Below, piece by piece: positions 61,018 through 64,000 of a stretch of 64,000 nucleotides of DNA (position 1 is the first letter of the stretch; each line of letters starts with the position of its first letter). The notes below the pieces were generated by a model. It had not been told where the DNA came from. It made no database searches and saw nothing but the letters and a program-made list of their open reading frames with translations. Origin of the DNA: Thermodesulfobacteriota bacterium (lineage in GTDB: Bacteria; Desulfobacterota; Desulfobulbia; Desulfobulbales; SURF-16); the NCBI GenBank assembly GCA_039715015.1, contig JBDLIE010000001.1:64001-128000 (forward strand). Reading direction: 5' to 3'. The position numbers were made by a program, and so were the translations under genes.

Positions 61018-62379
61018 CTAGCCTTGTCTCAGTGAGTTAAAGTAGCTCAGGGCCTCCTGAAGGGAAGAGACCCCATGGATTTTCATGTTCTTGAGAGGGG
61101 CGGGGGGAGTATTCCCTTTGGGGATAATGGCTTCTGTGAATCCATGCTTAGCAGCCTCTTTGAGGCGTTCGATGCCACTTGAAACAGGTCGAATTTCCCC
61201 GGCAAGGCCCACTTCTCCGAAAATTACCAGGTGGCGAGGAAGGGCACTGTCGCGCAGGCTTGAAACCATGGCCATGATCAGGGCCAGATCCACTGATGTT
61301 TCGTTAACGCGGACACCACCAACAACATTGATGAAAACGTCCTGGTTGGCAGTGGGAATGTTGCCATGCTTATGGAGCACAGCCAAGAGCATGGCCAGGC
61401 GGTTATGCTCCAGACCAACGGTGATGCGCCGGACATGCTCAGAGGAGGATTCGTCTACCAGGGCCTGAATTTCGACAAGCAGGGGTCTGCTGCCCTCCCA
61501 GACCACCATAACCACGGAACCGGCCATGTCTTCCTGCTCTCGGGAAAGAAAAATGGCTGAGGGGTTGCGGATCTCTTTGAGGCCGGTGTCGGTCATGGCA
61601 AAGACGCCAATCTCATTCACCGCCCCAAAGCGATTTTTAACGGCCCGCATAATACGAAAACGGCTATCGAGGTTTCCTTCGATATAGCAGACAACATCAA
61701 TGATATGTTCCAGAACGCGGGGGCCGGCAAGGTCGCCTGATTTTGTGACATGACCGACCAGGAAGATGGCCGTGCCGCTTTGCTTGGCAAAGCTGGTGAG
61801 ACGGGCTGCAGCTTCCCGTACCTGGGAGACGGAACCAGGAGCTGAGGAGGTCTCGGCGCTCTGCATGGTCTGGATGGAGTCAATGACCATGACCTCTGGC
61901 CTTTCTTTGTCGGCAATGGCGCATATCTGCTCCACCTGGGTTTCAGCCAGCAGCAGAAGGTGTTGGTCGGGAAGGCCAAGACGCTTGGCCCGCATGGCGA
62001 TCTGTTGCAGGGATTCTTCGCCACTGACATAGAGGACCTTGCGTTTTTCACTGAGGTGGCAGCAGACCTGGAGGAGGCCTGTGGATTTACCCACCCCAGG
62101 GTCACCACCAATAAGGACCACGGATCCGCGCACAAGCCCACCCCCGAGAACCCGGTCAAGCTCGATCATGCCGGTGGTAATACGGGGGGAAGACTCCAGT
62201 TCAATATCGGCCATGGCCTGCACTGTTTGCAGGGCGCCACTGTAACCGGTAAAAGAGGGGGCTTGGATCTCCTGCTCGCTGATACTGTCCCAAGCCTGAC
62301 ATTCCTGGCATTGGCCGGCCCATTTGCCAAAGGACGCACCACACTGGTTGCAGGCGAAGAGGCGTTTTGCTTTAGCCAT
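61018..62379 (-). CDS. radA: DNA repair protein RadA/Sms
   Basis: CxxC...CxxC, GGDPGVGKST, KNRFG and GEVGLAGEIR. Confidence 0.97.
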   Translation of the reverse strand: MAKAKRLFACNQCGASFGKWAGQCQECQAWDSISEQEIQAPSFTGYSGALQTVQAMADIELESSPRITTGMIELDRVLGGGLVRGSVVLIGGDPGVGKSTGLLQVCCHLSEKRKVLYVSGEESLQQIAMRAKRLGLPDQHLLLLAETQVEQICAIADKERPEVMVIDSIQTMQSAETSSAPGSVSQVREAAARLTSFAKQSGTAIFLVGHVTKSGDLAGPRVLEHIIDVVCYIEGNLDSRFRIMRAVKNRFGAVNEIGVFAMTDTGLKEIRNPSAIFLSREQEDMAGSVVMVVWEGSRPLLVEIQALVDESSSEHVRRITVGLEHNRLAMLLAVLHKHGNIPTANQDVFINVVGGVRVNETSVDLALIMAMVSSLRDSALPRHLVIFGEVGLAGEIRPVSSGIERLKEAAKHGFTEAIIPKGNTPPAPLKNMKIHGVSSLQEALSYFNSLRQG

Positions 62380-62384
62380 GGGAA

Positions 62385-62687
62385 TTAGTAGATCTTGAGC
62401 TGTTTGGCCTCTTTTTCAATGATGGCCAGTTGCTGCTTGTAATACTTGAGGCATTTCTTGATATAGGCGTTGCGCGCCCCCTTGGTGTCGAGGATACCCG
62501 GCTCAAAGGGAGTGTCCTTGCAGGCGAGAAGCAGAAGAGGAGGGGTAAGTTTCTTATCTTCCAGGGTTTTTATTTTGCCTTCATAGTAGGACTTGTAGGT
62601 CTGAACCCTGGCTCTCCTCTGAGAGCGAGACGTACCATCCTTCATTAAGCCGTCTATTTTTTTTTTCTTGCTGAAAAAACCGAACAT
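62385..62687 (-). CDS. Small basic hypothetical protein
   Basis: ATG 62687 (MFGFFSKKK); stop lies 5 bp before radA. Confidence 0.65.
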   Translation of the reverse strand: MFGFFSKKKKIDGLMKDGTSRSQRRARVQTYKSYYEGKIKTLEDKKLTPPLLLLACKDTPFEPGILDTKGARNAYIKKCLKYYKQQLAIIEKEAKQLKIY

Positions 62688-62816
62688 GGTCACTCTTAGC
62701 CTTTGTTGTTTGTGGGAAAAGAGAGCATCAAAAAGATAGATGTCCCAGGCCATACCCCCTATCATCTCCCCATAATAAAAGAAAAAAAACAATAAAGCCA
62801 ACGCTCTTTTACCAGG

Positions 62817-63953
62817 TCAGACGAGTTTTGTCAGGACCTGGTTGGCAACAGCCAGGCAGTTTGGGGCAAGGCGGATCATGTTTCCCTCCCTTATCACCAT
62901 TTCCCTGCTTGTAAGATCCGTAAGGATATTTCCGTAGACCTCCTGGGCTGAGAGCTGAAAACGGTTCTCAAGAGTGGTGAGATTAAGGCCGCTAAGCAGA
63001 CGTAGGCCCATAACCATTGATTCGCGAAAACGGCCTGCGGGGCTGAGACATTCGGCCTGGGTGATGGTTGTTTTTTTCTGGCGAACCATGTCCATAAAGT
63101 AATGGGGGTCAGGCTGATGGCTGATACGAAGCCCATCGAGGCAGGAAACGGCTCCGGAACCCAGGCCAAGGTAAGAGCCGTTATGCCAGTAGTTGATGTT
63201 ATGGCGGCACTGGTAGCCGCTCTGGGCGTAGTTAGAGATCTCATAACGCTGGAGAGAGGGGCCAAGCAGGGCAGCGGTTGCCTCTTCCATGTCGGCCACA
63301 AGATCTTCAGCGGGCAGAGGAAGAGAACCCTTATCCTGCAGGTGGCTAAAGGGCGTACCAGGTTCGACAGTAAGTTCGTAAAGTGCGAGGTGTTCAGGAG
63401 ACAGGCTGAGGGCTTGGTCCAGATCCTCTTGCCAGCTGGTCAGGCTCTGGCCGGGAAGGCCATAGATAAGGTCAATGTTGATATTTTTAAAGCCACTCTG
63501 GCGAGCCACGGCCACGGCCGCCACGGCCTGTTGCCCTGTATGGGCCCGGTTCAGGGTGGTGAGGAGGGTGTTGTTAAAGGACTGCACTCCGATGCTGAGT
63601 CGATTGACCCCTGCCTGGCGCAGGATGGAAAGAGAGTCCTGGTCAATACTGTCTGGGTTTGCCTCCATGGAGATCTCGGCTTGATCGTTCATGTTAAAAT
63701 GGCTCCGGCACTGACTCAGGATATCTGCAAGTTTTTGGGCTGAAGCCAGGCTGGGAGTACCGCCGCCGATAAAAAGAGTGGAGAATCTATGTGACTTGCT
63801 CCAGGGAAGGGCGGCATAGGAGGCGATTTCCTGGGTCAGCAGGTCAAGATAGCCGTCAACCGTACTTCTATTTGCCGCAACGGAATTAAAGGCGCAGTAC
63901 CCACATTTGGAGCGGCAGAAGGGGATGTGGAGGTAGAGACCTGCCCCGTTCAT
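62817..63953 (-). CDS. hemW: Radical SAM heme chaperone
   Basis: LYLHIPFCRSKCGYCAF, GGGTPS, EANP, YEISNYA and HNINYW. Confidence 0.92.
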   Translation of the reverse strand: MNGAGLYLHIPFCRSKCGYCAFNSVAANRSTVDGYLDLLTQEIASYAALPWSKSHRFSTLFIGGGTPSLASAQKLADILSQCRSHFNMNDQAEISMEANPDSIDQDSLSILRQAGVNRLSIGVQSFNNTLLTTLNRAHTGQQAVAAVAVARQSGFKNINIDLIYGLPGQSLTSWQEDLDQALSLSPEHLALYELTVEPGTPFSHLQDKGSLPLPAEDLVADMEEATAALLGPSLQRYEISNYAQSGYQCRHNINYWHNGSYLGLGSGAVSCLDGLRISHQPDPHYFMDMVRQKKTTITQAECLSPAGRFRESMVMGLRLLSGLNLTTLENRFQLSAQEVYGNILTDLTSREMVIREGNMIRLAPNCLAVANQVLTKLV

Positions 63954-64000
63954 TTTGCTGCCTGCCTCTCTTGTTCAATCTCAGCCATCAGCCCATGGTC
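63950..64000 (-). CDS. 3' end of an unidentified upstream gene (partial)
   Basis: Frame DHGLMAEIEQERQAAK-stop overlaps the hemW start (ATGA). Confidence 0.5.
   Translation of the reverse strand, partial: DHGLMAEIEQERQAAK

Overview
Bacterial chromosomal window. Gene content suggests Desulfobacterota, probably Desulfobulbales (inference). Positions 1-7.9 kb are a visibly AT-richer island holding the 3' end of a biosynthetic gene cluster. It encodes a terminal NRPS module (A-KR-degenerate A remnant-PCP-TE with a Cys nucleophile), a stand-alone PP-loop/ANH enzyme resembling the albicidin/cystobactamid amide-modifying domain, a crotonyl-CoA carboxylase/reductase, an Sfp-type PPTase and a frameshifted PksB-like hydrolase. 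The rest is mostly core genome: glgA, aroC, aroK, an 11-gene Mrp-type antiporter operon, pilD, cydAB, rpmH-rnpA-yidD-yidC-jag-mnmE, hpt, radA, hemW, two tRNA-Ser genes and many signalling proteins. Other notable features are a frameshift-split, 7-heme OmcS-like cytochrome behind a sigma54-type promoter, a rhodanese/hybrid-kinase operon, two small ORFs missed by the ORF track and several intergenic inverted-repeat elements. Family assignments rest on motifs recognised by eye; no database searches were run.
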